Below, in pieces: positions 51,684-64,000 of a stretch of DNA of 64,000 nucleotides. The notes under the pieces were generated by a model, which searched no databases, had not been told where the DNA came from, and saw only the letters and a list, made by a program, of their open reading frames with translations. The translations under genes and the position numbers were made by a program. The DNA comes from Antedon mediterranea (taxonomy: Eukaryota > Animalia > Echinodermata), in assembly GCF_964355755.1 (NCBI RefSeq), contig NC_092672.1, forward strand, positions 5,394,001 to 5,458,000, read 5' to 3'. Position 1 is the first letter of the stretch, and each line of letters begins with the position of its first letter.

Positions 51684-54051
51684 ATGGACTATTACAACGC
51701 AGGAAATATTGATTTAGTTTCTTTCAAACAAGGACAACAAGATCTTCTCAATATGTCAGAATGTTCAGACGACGCTGCTGCAATTTTACCTGCATCTGGC
51801 CAGAGAAAACCGTCTTCAAAACGAGAACCCCTCAGACGAATGAACTCGGGCGGTAGGCTTAGAAACGTTAAGAAGGCATGGGGCGATCTTAAATCGGTGA
51901 GACAATATTCATTGCTAGCCTACTACTACGGCTGGGCCTAGGCCCTCTGCTAGCCTATCTATTAGAATTTCCTAAAAGGGAAAACCTGCTGATGGTAGGC
52001 TGGGTAGGCCTAACTGAACTAGGCCTAGCTAGGCCAGGCACAAGAGATGAATATAATAATATCATATCAATATCATGATGATGGATATAGATAGCCTAGC
52101 TAGCCTATGTCATTGACTTTGTCAGTATTCAATATTATTATTATTATTATTTATTAAATATTAATTAATGTCAACAACATGTCAACACTAAAAATTTGCA
52201 AGGCAATTTTTGGAAATTTTCAGTAGCCTAGAAATCTAGGCCTACTTACTAGTAGGCCTAGGCCTAGCTATAAAATAAAAAAAAAATTAATTAAAAAAAA
52301 ATTGTACTAGTAGTAGGCTAGGCCTAGCCTAAGCCTAAATTACAATTTACTTTGAAATCTTAAATAAAGGATAACAAATTATTTTAAAAAAACATAACAT
52401 GTCTTATAATATTAATTTTATAAATAAGTGCTCTTATCAATTAATGAATGTTCTATTTTTTATTTAGAAAATTAAAATTCCGGGAAAAGGAACAAAGCAC
52501 TCAAAATGGAATGTTCCTCAACACACCAAAACACCTGAATGTCCCCCACAAGTACTCAGAACGCCAAGGTCGATGACAAAGCAACGATTGTTAGACATAG
52601 CATACAGTCCAGACTTCTTCAGGACTCCGGAGCATTGTAGAATCTATCGTAGTTCAAAAACACCAGGAACCGAACAAAGCGAATTCCTGCGGAGATCAGT
52701 TCGTATTGCAAACCGAACCCCAACACCATCTTCTGTAAAGTCACGGAGAAGAAGCGTGAAACCGAGAAGGTACTAAGATAACATATGATACAGAAAACTT
52801 TGGGATGTCCCCTAACTATTTTCATAATGCATATATTTTACTTAGTATTAACTTTGTGAGAGATTGTTATGCTAGCGTAAGAATTCCATCTTCAGGAGTA
52901 ATAAGTTAGTAATAATAAGCAGGGAAAAATTTCATTAAAAAAATTTGTTTAGCAATATTGCTAATCAAACTGATTTTTAAGTCGAGAAACATAGTTTTGT
53001 ATTGTATTTTTTGCTACACAATTTTTAAAATGTGTAGCAATAAGGTTTTTTTGTATAGCTTTTTGCTATGCTACACTGGCGAAAATGTTCCCTGATAAGT
53101 ATTTCTAGAGAACACTTCGCCACCAAATAAACAATCAACACATTCTCAATTATTTTATTTCTTTTTTTTGTACCACAAACCTCACTAGTTTTTTTTCTCA
53201 TTGTCTATATAAAACAAAAGAAAATAATATTAATACATTCATACCATCTTGATGCTTTATTGTTTTATTCAGAATTGAAGCCACGAAAGATTTGAACCAG
53301 GAAGTGAATGATGTAGTTCGAATGACACGCACCATGACAACCATGTCGTCTGCTGTTGATTGCTATAAAGGAATGGCACAGGGATTGCGTGATTCCATCG
53401 AGAAAAATGAAATGTAATTTACAAAAATTCCTCTTTAATAGTTACAATATGAATAAGTGACTAAACATATAAATACTGGTATTTAATATTGAAAGTGTAA
53501 TGCTCATGTTAATTGTATAACCCACTATACAACCCCTGGGAGAGGTGTGTCTTTTACAAATAATAATAAATAAAATAAAAATATGACGACACAGGGATGC
53601 GCCAAAAAACCTAGATGGTATGTCACATCAATGAACAATGGTGTGTCAATGTCCGTCACTTTACCACCCACCATATGAACAACATGGTCACAATGCGTCT
53701 AAATGGGTGCATCATGATCACCTATAGGTAAGTCACTTTTTTTACGCAAGGGTGTGTGTGTCGATGGGTGTGTCATGGTTTTCATATATGGTATCACGCA
53801 CACATAGACAATTGACATACTTCTCCCGGGGGTCGTATAGTGGGTCATACAATTAAGAAGTGCATAATTTAACTATACCATTTAAACTAATTCCTTAATA
53901 AACTATAATTCCTCCATGACTATACTAAGTATGTTATACAAATATTTACATTTTTAGCTCATCTGTTCAAGATACAAGTGCTGATGGAACAGACAAAAAG
54001 GAGGCCAAAGGAAGAAAGAAGAAGCAAAACACTCCACCAAAGGCCAAATAA
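51684..54051 (+). CDS. PIMREG/FAM64A (RCS1)-like mitotic regulator (exons 51684-51896, 52468-52769, 53273-53413, 53958-54051)
   Basis: Phase-consistent 4-exon ORF with D-box-like REPLRRMN, helix LRNVKKAWGDLKSKIK, many S/T-P sites, LRRSVR and a C-terminal helix SSAVDCYKGMAQGLRDSIEKNE. The gene itself is well supported; the family assignment is recalled from motif order. Confidence 0.6.
52920..53094. mobile_element. 175-bp MITE with CAGGGAA termini and 5-bp TSD (hAT5-like)
   Basis: ATAAG|CAGGGAA...TTCCCTG|ATAAG. Confidence 0.8.
53509..53856. mobile_element. Unclassified TIR element, ~350 bp
   Basis: ~42-bp imperfect TIR ttaattgtataacccactatacaacccctgggagaggtgtgtc / gacatacttctcccgggggtcgtatagtgggtcatacaattaa. 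Confidence 0.75.
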
Positions 54052-55447
54052 ATCATCCAAATACCTGTCTACAGATGCCACTAACATTATCTAGAAAAAA
54101 ACAAGAAACTCACATTTTCATGCAAGTAGACTGAAATCTAACGTGGGGGTTGGTGGGGGTGTGAGGAATTGTTTACTTATTTAACAATAATTCTGACTGA
54201 CTGAGAATCTTCTAATCTAAAAAAAATATTTGATTCTGTTTTGATATTTTCATCTGTTTTAATATTTATTTTTTTTAATTCTCAAATGAATAATAAAATA
54301 AATAATTCTCCCAAAAATGTACAGATTTTTAAATCAATTTTTATTCAATTTAGATATTTTAAAAATTGTTTATATTATTTATTTTAACAAATTTATTAGA
54401 ATTACAGTAATAATATACATCAGACTGGGGATAATTTACTATGTGTATGAATTTAATGTAAAATTTATATATTTTTTCTATAAAGATTTTTATTTTGTCT
54501 TTCAAATAAGCTCAGAGGGTTCATTGAAACAATTTGTAATAAGTTGACGTTCCGAATGTCTGTTTTCAAAAGAGCATGTTTTGTATTTTTAAAACTAATA
54601 CATTTATATGTACTGTAAAAACAGTAATAACTAAATATGTATTTTATTTTTAATACCGGAAAAATATGTAGCTAATTAATAGTAATAGTATCATAAATAA
54701 CACATTTCACTAATATCCTGGACATTGCTTCTCAACTACTCTATTAAAATTTATGTATTAATAAAAATGATACATTACACACAAACAAAACAATTAAAAA
54801 GCTAAATGGTGGAAAATTACTTTTTCTATTTTAAAGAAAGATACTAATGATTGGAATATGTGGAGTGGAGTCTTTAGAACCAGTGGTTTTTTCTTGCCAA
54901 AAAATATTTAAGCCTCCCAAGTTTCGTTTGCATGTTTAAACAAAACATATAAAAAAAATTGCAACTCAAATGTATGATGCATTGCTTGTTTATATTTAAC
55001 TCATTTTGAGAGCTTTTTGCATAATTCATCTATTGTCGAACTAACATGCATGTATATGATCTAATCATTTGGTTATATGGATAATAATAAAATACAATTT
55101 AAACATATGCTAAAAGAAAAAAAAGAGAAATAACAATTTATTTTTCTAACTCAACTAAAAATACTGGTATATGTTCATTTGCCATTGACTTAAAATTTAG
55201 TTAAAAAAAAGCATATTAAATGTTCTTGAATTGTAGTTGGAATAGGTTGAAAGGATCTAAAGTTTTTTGTGTTTAGGTTTTCAATTAGGAAATCCTGGAA
55301 AGTTGGTGTCCGGTTAAAAGTCCTTGAATTTTAATTTTCGAAAATGTATATGATATACTGTATGCATGAACAAAACTTTATTTAATTTTCTGGTTTAGGA
55401 AATCCTAGAATGTGTCCGGGGAGAATAGTTCAATTTCAATTGCTTAA

Positions 55448-55601
55448 AGCTTTGTCTACACAAACTTTGTAACAAAAAAATGTGATGTGCCCAAATATGG
55501 AAGTGATATGCACAAATATAGTATGCTATGACATCATCATGTCCATATATGGGCACATCACATTTTTTTGTCCCATAAAGTTTGATAGTGTAGACAGAGC
55601 T
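55448..55601. mobile_element. MITE family A, copy 10
   Basis: Same TIR and internal motifs. Confidence 0.82.
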
Positions 55602-55635
55602 TTAGTGAATACTCAAGGGTTTTTGAAAAATCTAA

Positions 55636-55781
55636 AGCTCTGTTTACACTATCAAACTTTATGTGACTAAAAAATGTGATGTGCCTATTATATGGACACG
55701 ATGACATCATATCACTACTACCATATTTGGGCACATCACACACTTCTTTTGTCAAACTAGTTTGATAATGTAGACAGAGCT
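55636..55781. mobile_element. MITE family A, copy 11 (34 bp from copy 10)
   Basis: Same TIR and internal motifs. Confidence 0.85.
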
Positions 55782-58455
55782 TTTGAATGTTGCATGCAGT
55801 ATCAGGAAAAAGCCCTGAAGTTTGTATGAACTTTGTTTGTGTCAGGTTTATTTGAAAAAATCTTGGGAATTTCAGTAAAATAACCATTATAATTTGGTTC
55901 AGTGTATATGAACCTATTATATAATTAATACAGTATTACGGTAATAATATTATGTTAGTACCTAAATATTCAGGTTATGTTTAATTATTATAAATTTGTT
56001 ATATAATTTTATCATAATTAATAAATGCTGTAATGTAAGTGGTATATTAGATTACTGTAGGATTATAGTAATGGATTGGCGATATCATTCACACTGTGGT
56101 CTCATGTCATTTTAATTACTTTAGTATGACATAATACCATTCTCGTACATAATTGTTGTACGAGAAGGGAAGAGAGAAAACAACAAACGAAACATTTTAA
56201 TTACAGTAATCAATACTGTATTATTATTTTCTATTGTAAAATATTTTGTGCATGTTTTATGTATTGCAATATATCATTTTTTATTAAATTTTTAAATGCG
56301 AGTTTTCAATTGTGTGTTTTTTGTTAGAAAATCTTTTTCATGGCTCACTGTTGCAAAAGTTACTATACTCAGAAGAAATTAGTAAAATATGTGTCACTGA
56401 CCTATATTTTTGTTGAAGCTGGCTTCCTGTACACAGTGGGGACAACACTTTTTTTTATTACAGTACAGCATATATTGTTATACACTGTTAGTTGTCTTTG
56501 TTATAGCTTTGTACATATTATATATAATTTTAACTTCCCATAATAAGTTATATTATACACAGACATGGCTAGTACGAAAGGATATACATTTTTTGGTGAG
56601 ATAAAATATCTCCTGGAAAACTATGTACAGCAATAATAATGTTATAGTAAAATGGCAAATAGATATTTGATGACTAAAAATGAAAAAAATATATATTTAT
56701 TATTATTTTATTTAGTTGAGATGGGTGTCAACTAAATAAAAATTTTTAAAAACTAAGATATCTTTAGTTTTCTAGATCACTAAAGAGGATATCTTAGGTC
56801 TTAGTTTTCTAGACACCCAGTTGAGATATGGAAATTCATTAAAAATATCGTCCTTGGTGATCTAATTCAACAATTTTTTTTCAGACAATTGTCCATATAG
56901 TATAATACATTACAAAAAAAATAAGAAGGAGAGCGGACCAAAACTTTTATCTATTGGTATATAATGCCTCTCTCCATTTGTAGTACATGTTTGAATCCAT
57001 CAACAAATATTTATATCTACAAATTAACATTCTGTTTTCGCTTTTCAGATCTATTGAAGTCTTATTTTACAATTATTTATTATATTTATGTTTGATTGAA
57101 TTATTGAGGAATGCACTTAATATTTATTGTGACTTTATTATGTATAAAATGTATCTGCTGGTGGATTTTCATAAAGCGTAGTAACTTGACAGACTTTCAT
57201 GTCTTTTTATATTAGCGTAATATCAACTCTGAACAAAGAAAAACTATTTAAAATAGAAAAAAAAAAGATATATTCGCCCCTGAAAAATTAATTTGTTTAC
57301 ATTTTTGTTGTTGAATATGCCATTTAATGTCACATAATTTGACATGTATTTACTTTGACCAAAAATTGGATAACAACAAATTACAGTATTTACCTGAATG
57401 AAAAACACTGCAATTTAAAGTAAAAAATAGTAAAATTGGCTGTCAGCCAATGGGTTTTTGGTTTAATGTAGCCTCTGTTTATTTTGTCATTTTATAAGTG
57501 AAAACATAATTTTTTCATGTATTTTTTTGTACGGTAGTTAAAACTACAAAATGGCCTATTAAAGTCTGATTTTATTATTTTTTGAGGCAAATTGGCAACT
57601 TTAAGATGTATTTGAAGCAAAAATATGTACTGTATAAAGCAGTAAAATATGTAAAAATATTATAGGTGCAGTACCTTGCTTTAAATTGTAAATAGCAAAA
57701 TTTACTGTATCTATTAATAACTATATGGAAAGTTTACCCTTGATATAATTGTATTGTATGGCAGGTTATATTTACACAATTTGATATACATCACAATACA
57801 ATATGAACTCTATTGTTATTGTAATATTTGATAAAGGAAGTAATTACGCCATGCATGACAATCTCACATAATACATTAACCAGTACTGTACGCAGTCTGC
57901 TAAGCTGAGAATATTTTGAAAGGAAATCGTATCAGTCTTCAACAAGAGTAAGTTTATACATTATTGAAAGCTAGATAATGTCCAACACTCTTTCCTACTG
58001 CTTAAAAGGCTCATTAACCCAAGGATGTTTTTATTTTGGTAGAAAATATCTTATTTATAGCCTAAAATCAAAGCTACATATGCCATTTTGTTGACCCATA
58101 ATTTTTTTTTATGCAAATCATAGTGTACGGTTTTGCCATTCATAGAACCCAATGAGAGATCCTGGTTAGGCTGCTACAAATAATATAAGCCTATACCAAA
58201 ACTATTACAACAACATTTTAGTAAATTACTAATATTTTCATTATACAGTAGGCCTACCGAAATGTTTTTTGCAAGCCTAAAATATTTTTTAATAACTTTG
58301 TAGAGCTGGATTTAAAGGAAATGTGCATCTGTACATCAAATCCCCCTCCCTAAAATCCCTCTTTCAGTAGGCCTAAGCTGTATTAGAAAAATATCTTTTA
58401 TTATACTTCAACCACAACTAATGTTTAATACTATGTGTATTGTATTATTCTACAG

Positions 58456-58902
58456 ATGTCAAGTCAAGATGAAATACCAGGCAAATGCAAGGACCATCCA
58501 GAAACCACATTAGAAATATTTTGCGTAACTTGCAACAAGAGTACATGTAAGGAATGTACAAATTTTGAAAGTTGCACAGCAGAACACGAAACTAAACCAA
58601 TACTAGTCGCTATAGCGGAGTTTAACAAAAAGGCAAATGAAGTTCTGATGTCCGCAGAGGAAGTAAAACAGCAATTAGAAGCTACGTATCAGGCCTTAAT
58701 GGCGGACAAGGAAGAATTTGATGCACACGTACAGTCATGTAAGGCGGCGATCGAAAGACGTACACAAGAAATTATTGAAAAAGTGAAAGAAGAAAGCCAA
58801 CAAATGTTGATGAATCTTGATAACGTATCGAGACAATCAAATGAGATTGAATCGCAGCAAATAATTGCGAAGTCTAAAGATATCAGATTCAGAAATAATT
58901 AA
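58456..58902 (+). CDS. Short B-box type 2 plus coiled-coil protein (TRIM-like fragment, 148 aa; possibly a pseudogene)
   Basis: CKDH...FCVTC...CKEC...H motif followed by a heptad-rich helix; ATG directly after a tacag acceptor; candidate upstream non-coding exon donor near 57947; no RING or C-terminal domain seen. Confidence 0.7.
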   Translation: MSSQDEIPGKCKDHPETTLEIFCVTCNKSTCKECTNFESCTAEHETKPILVAIAEFNKKANEVLMSAEEVKQQLEATYQALMADKEEFDAHVQSCKAAIERRTQEIIEKVKEESQQMLMNLDNVSRQSNEIESQQIIAKSKDIRFRNN

Positions 58903-59448
58903 AAACTGAAATGAAAATCTTGACTTGAATGTAATTTCTCAACCGCACCTCATGGGGTCGGACAGATGAAAAGAAAGAAGTAAAAAAAAATGATCTTGAT
59001 ATTTGTAACATAAACTGCACAGGTTGGCACTCAATGAGTTCTTTAGAGCAGAAAGTGTCGAAAAATGTGCATTATTGTATGCTACAACATTCTGAACAAT
59101 CAGCTTAGCTAGTTAAGTGCATATTCTTAATTTAATTAATAAAGTTAATCAATATTCATTATTGTATCATTTATATGGTATTTTGATTAAGTATTGTATC
59201 GATGTAAATATTTAAACATAAACATTTTTCCAGATACCTTATTACTTAATTACCGGTTCCAATTATTTTTCATTAATTACTTTATGTTTTGCTGTTCTTA
59301 GTACTTTAGCTTTTATATAATAGACCAAAATGTAATTATCAAATATTGCCATAAAATGTAGCAACTCAATTTTTGGAAAACCTTAGCCCCATGGTTTTCA
59401 TAATATGGGTACAGACAGCATTCATAAAAATAACCTTTTATAACCTTA

Positions 59449-59585
59449 AGCTCTGTCTACACTATCAAACTTAATGTTAAAAATATAAAATTGATTTGCC
59501 CTATATATGGACATGTCATATCACTACCATATTTGGGGCCATCACACTTTTGTTGTCAAACTAGTTATATAGTGTAAACAGAGCT
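59449..59585. mobile_element. MITE family A, copy 12
   Basis: Same TIR; TTA/TTA flanks. Confidence 0.82.
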
Positions 59586-60079
59586 TTAGTTTTAACCAGA
59601 TGAAATAAGGTCTCCATCATACTGGAAGTATTGCATATTATGGTAATTAGAAATGTATGATTTCATTTTGGCCTTTTTGTTAATAAATTATTAATATTGT
59701 ATTGTCCTACAGTATTTTCTATAATTTTAGCAAACATGATATCGTTATGAAATAACGTTCAGAGTTAGGAACGAATGAGGTTCCACCTCACGATGGTTTA
59801 TAGTTCATAATAAATGCTTTGTATATAATCCAGTGTCTTTGTTTTAGTTGTTTTATTATTGTTGTCTTATCATTATTATATCTGGTTTACTAGGATACTG
59901 TACTTGATGTTTAAAAACCAGTAAACACACATAAAATCTTTACTTTATTAAAAGTGTAAATTATTTATTACAATAACAAAGAGTACAGAACAACAAATTA
60001 AGCTTTCCATCAACACAATGGCTAGTATGTATTATATTACAGATATGTACTCAATAATTATAGACTCTGATTGGCCATT

Positions 60080-60235
60080 GTAAGGGCGTGTTGTGCAGTG
60101 TGTTGGACGTGAGATCGAGGTTCGAATCCAACTCCCGCTGCATTGTTTGTATCCTTTAAGGCAAGATACTTTACTAATATGTTTGCCTCTCTTAACCCAG
60201 ATGTATAAATGGGAACCTGGTTAGATCAAGACACA
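60080..60235 (+). mobile_element. CORE-like tRNA-derived SINE remnant
   Basis: B box ggttcgaatcc followed by tcctttaaggcaagatacttta...cccagatgtataaatgggaacc. Confidence 0.55.
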
Positions 60236-60958
60236 ACTTTGCACTAATTACTACCTGCATTATGGGAGTATGTTTCCATACATGTTTGATCCAAAAAAAT
60301 GGGGTAATAATGTTCAGCGCTTGAAGGTTTCACAACATTAGGCGCTATATAATTATTTTTATAAATCAAGGATATTATTATCCACAGCCTTGGTAGGTGT
60401 GTATGGTAAAATGGTATTTTTACATATTTTAGAGCTGAGCACCTACAATGCAAACAGTCAATAAATAAGGACATAGATGCTACTGATGTAACTGAATATT
60501 GGCACAGTCAACTCTGCCAATGGAATGGTAATACATTTTCTACAGACATGGTCAACCTTGTTGTAGTTCACTGTCTATTATTAGACAGAATTAAGGAATT
60601 AGACAAACACTATTCTGTTATAATGCAATTAATTACATACATGGTTTACAGAAAGATTTAAATAAAAGAATTAATTTTACTCTTTTTTTTGCAGATTTGT
60701 TGGTCCCTAACCATCAAAAAGTGTCATAAAAGAAAACTTCTTTACCAATCGGAAATTTAATTTGTTTCTGTGTTTATCTACCAATGGACAATTTAATTTG
60801 TTTTTACATAAACAGTTTCTTTGTTTATCATTATCTCTTAAATTGGAACCATTTAATCCCAGGAAAATTAGAAGAATTTAACCCTAGAATCCATTCATTC
60901 ACTTTGTCAGCCTGTATCCTTTTACAAAAAACATGCACTTCTACTTGAATATAAACGT

Positions 60959-63696
60959 TCAGTCAGCCATGGAGTCTTCTGATGATAGATATTGTCGTTT
61001 CAAAGGAGGTTCTTCACCAGTGTCTTCCTGTCCAGAAAAAAAAAATTCCACACTTTATAAAGCTCTGTCCACACTATCAAACTAGTTTGACAAAAAAAGT
61101 GTGATGTGCCCAAATAAGTATTCCCAAATATAATAGTGATGATATGACATTATCATGCCCATATATGGGCACATCACATTTTTTTGTCACATAAAGTTTG
61201 ATAAAGTTCAGTTAAAAAAACATTTATTTATTCACTAATGGCATATTATTGTACAGTATATCATAGGTGTGTATTTAAAATAACATGGTAATAAACCATC
61301 ATTTGGGATCTTCTCTAGAAGAAATCAAGTTTCTTGTCTCAAAAAAGACCCCAGATACAATTATAACTAAAAAAAATTAAAAATAGAGAGAGCTTTTAAG
61401 TTTTAGTTATTTAAAAAATACATTACTTAAGTTTAAACCCTATTCTATTGTTTACTGAAAATAATTATTTTAAGTGTGTGACTCCAGATTTGTTGAGGCC
61501 TTAATGGTCTTGCAATTATTGAATAGGATTAAATTTAACATTCTTTTTACCCACCTCGGCTGGTCTGATTGATGACTGACATGGTGGTTCTTTTTTATCC
61601 TCTTTTACAAGACTTTGTTCTTTCGTTTGGCTTTCTGGTCCTGAAAAAAATATACACATTTTGTTATGTCTCCAATTAATAACTATCAATTTAGGAAATA
61701 TGAAAGATGACTTTTTAAGTCGCAAGAAAGTTTCATAAATCTGACCACTGCAGTTTTCATAACTTACTAAGGATTGGTGGTTGACTGTTAGAATCGGAGA
61801 TAGCTGATTGGTTGGTGGTATCATCTTCAAAAGCACTTCTGCTATCATTATCTGTAGGTAGCACAAAATATAATATCAATCTATTATTTATTTATTTTAA
61901 CTTTATTTAGAGAGGCCAGCTGATATCCAGGGGCCTCATGTTATACTTATTTAAACTCTTTACAAAATAGAATATAAAAATATAATAAAAATACAATATA
62001 ATAAAAAATACATTACATTTCACAAATTAAATCTACAATCGCCGCAACTTCTTTGCTCCCTTTCACACTACTACCACTTACCTTCGCTCTGAAAGCCAGT
62101 GATACTGCTGGTATCATCACGATCAGAATAGTCATGTGAATCCATCGTTGACTCATCAAGACTAACATTTGAAGGGGAAGCTAAACAACAAAAAATAAAT
62201 AATATTTAAAGATTTACATTTTACAGACAGAAAAAAATTACAGGATAACATTAATCCATTTTGTGCCTTTTACATTCTTTGCTGATGGTTCAGAGCTTAG
62301 AGGTGCCCTGCAATTTGCGCTATATAAATTGAACATTACAGTATTATTACTATAACAATTAGTTACTCATAAGGAGTGACTTGTCGCCAGCACTTTTCAC
62401 TAGACTGTAGATGAAGACTTACCCGTTCTATCTTCATCAATTAGAGCAGTAACATCCCTGTGGCGTAGTGGTTCATGTCTATTGAGGTTTGTTGACATGG
62501 AAGACTCTAAATTTTAAAATATATAGAACTGCACTGATTAAGATAATAGCCCACCACCCTAAAGCTCTGTCTATAAAACTATCAAACTAGTTTGACAAAA
62601 AAACTGTTCCAAAATATGGTAGTGATGTTCCCAAATATGGTAGTGATACTGACATCATAATGTCCATATATGGGCACATCACATTTTGTTTTTTTCACAT
62701 AAAGTTTGATAGTGTAGGGAGAGCTTTAGGACAATACAGTAGCTATTATTTATTTATTTTTTTTAAATATTTTTTTATTTACATACTGGGCTTACAATAC
62801 AGAATATCTGAAAAAATGCTTTTATTGTTTTGGGTTTTTTTTTTCATTAGATAAAATATTAAATGGAAAAGGATGGCAAAAAGAGCAATACTTGTATATA
62901 CAATTGTTTGGCCAATAAAAAAAAGGCACACTTTACTAAACTTATGGTGGACTTGTACCTCCATTGAATTCAAAATATTATTTATATACCATCTTTTTTA
63001 TGTATATTTTCTGATGTTTTGTGTTGACTTGTATTCTCTGAGCTTCCTGGCAGACTGTTGGTGTTCTCATTACTATCAACACCACTTGTCTCTCCTTGCA
63101 CAGTGTCATTACTACTTGATGCCTGACTTCCATTTTCTGCTTTGTCTCCTCTTTCTTTGTTATCTGTAGTTTTTTTCTTTTCTTCTTCATCCTTATCATC
63201 TTTCGTCTCTTGTACTGGAATCCATTTATAGACCTTTAAAGTGGTATCTCGAACCGTAACCCACTTCTTTTCCCTATAAAAATGGAATGGTATCAATTTA
63301 TTTGTTTTCTGTATTCGGAACAAACATAAATTAATAATACACAATTAATAAATATTTGTTTAAAAAATAAATTCAATGCAAGATACTAAGTAAGGTATAA
63401 TAGTTATTGTAGATAGGCTGAAGAACGCTAACTAACAATAGCTGTACAAAAAAAAAAGAGTTCGGGACTAAACGACCTGGCATTTCAATGGCTAGTTCTC
63501 TCAGATCAGGAGAATGCATCGTTTTTGCTTCTTCTTTGTTTGTTAGGCCTAGAGTAGCAGGCTGCCTTAGGCCTAACCTACATTAAATTCAAACTAACCA
63601 TTTTCTAACTTTATCTATAGCTTGCATAACACGTTTGATTTCATCTTTGGCACGACTTCGAGTTTCAGCTCGTACAGAACGAGAAGATGTTAACAT
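60959..63696 (-). CDS. BCL7: BCL7 family SWI/SNF subunit (exons 63696-63599, 63273-62990, 62506-62423, 62180-62082, 61851-61768, 61640-61555, 61027-60959)
   Basis: N-terminal [49 protein letters not shown], an acidic/Ser-rich middle, and C-terminal EPPLKR; phases consistent. Confidence 0.94.
61061..61203. mobile_element. MITE family A, copy 13 (right TIR truncated)
   Basis: Left TIR and full internal motifs. Confidence 0.8.
62563..62725. mobile_element. MITE family A, copy 14
   Basis: Same TIR and internal motifs. Confidence 0.82.
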
Positions 63697-64000
63697 TTTG
63701 ATGTTTAAAAAGACGCCGGTGGTGTTGACACGAACAAAGTAAACTTTAGATTTCTGTATGCTGACCTCTGACATTAAAATAACTAATTCTATTCGCACTA
63801 CGGCCGTGTATAAAATAACAGGGAATTGTATTGTCATTATACACATAGCCGCCGTGCTTATAACCTATGGCCTACTATATGCTAATTTTTGAAAAATAAA
63901 ATGGTTTTCTCTCGCGACACATGTTTTAAAACTTGCTAGGCCTAGCCTAGCTCTATTATTAATAGAGTAATTGAGGTTTGTTTGCTATGTGATGTACTTT

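Noticed and set aside
63910-63919. TCTCGCGAGA-like promoter palindrome upstream of BCL7
   Set aside because: One mismatch and a single occurrence; plausible but not supportable from sequence alone.

Overview
AT-rich, intron-rich animal genomic DNA, probably a marine invertebrate deuterostome (inferred from a Deu/Nin-domain SINE and the gene content). All gene models were spliced by hand from GT-AG sites and exon phases. Host genes, left to right: NIF3L1 (minus, 5' part), head-to-head with a 9-exon paxillin (plus); GPN3 (plus); two convergent 6-exon PLPP/PAP2 lipid phosphatase paralogs; a PIMREG/FAM64A-like cell-cycle gene; a short B-box/coiled-coil gene; and BCL7 (minus). The standout is in the last paxillin intron: an apparently intact 5.9-kb autonomous PIF/Harbinger transposon (TAA TSD, ~52-bp TIRs), itself inserted in an older TIR element. 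Its transposase and MADF-BESS genes are convergent and mutually interleaved, with each gene's last exon sitting in an intron of the other. The window also holds 14 copies of one Harbinger-type MITE, Kolobok-, hAT-, Tc1- and Helitron-like elements, several SINEs, minimal hammerhead-ribozyme motifs, a tRNA-like gene with an ATC anticodon, and tandem repeats. TA-xxx-TA words are strongly over-represented (TACAGTA throughout, TAGGCTA/TAGGCCTA just downstream of first exons) and look like transposon excision footprints.
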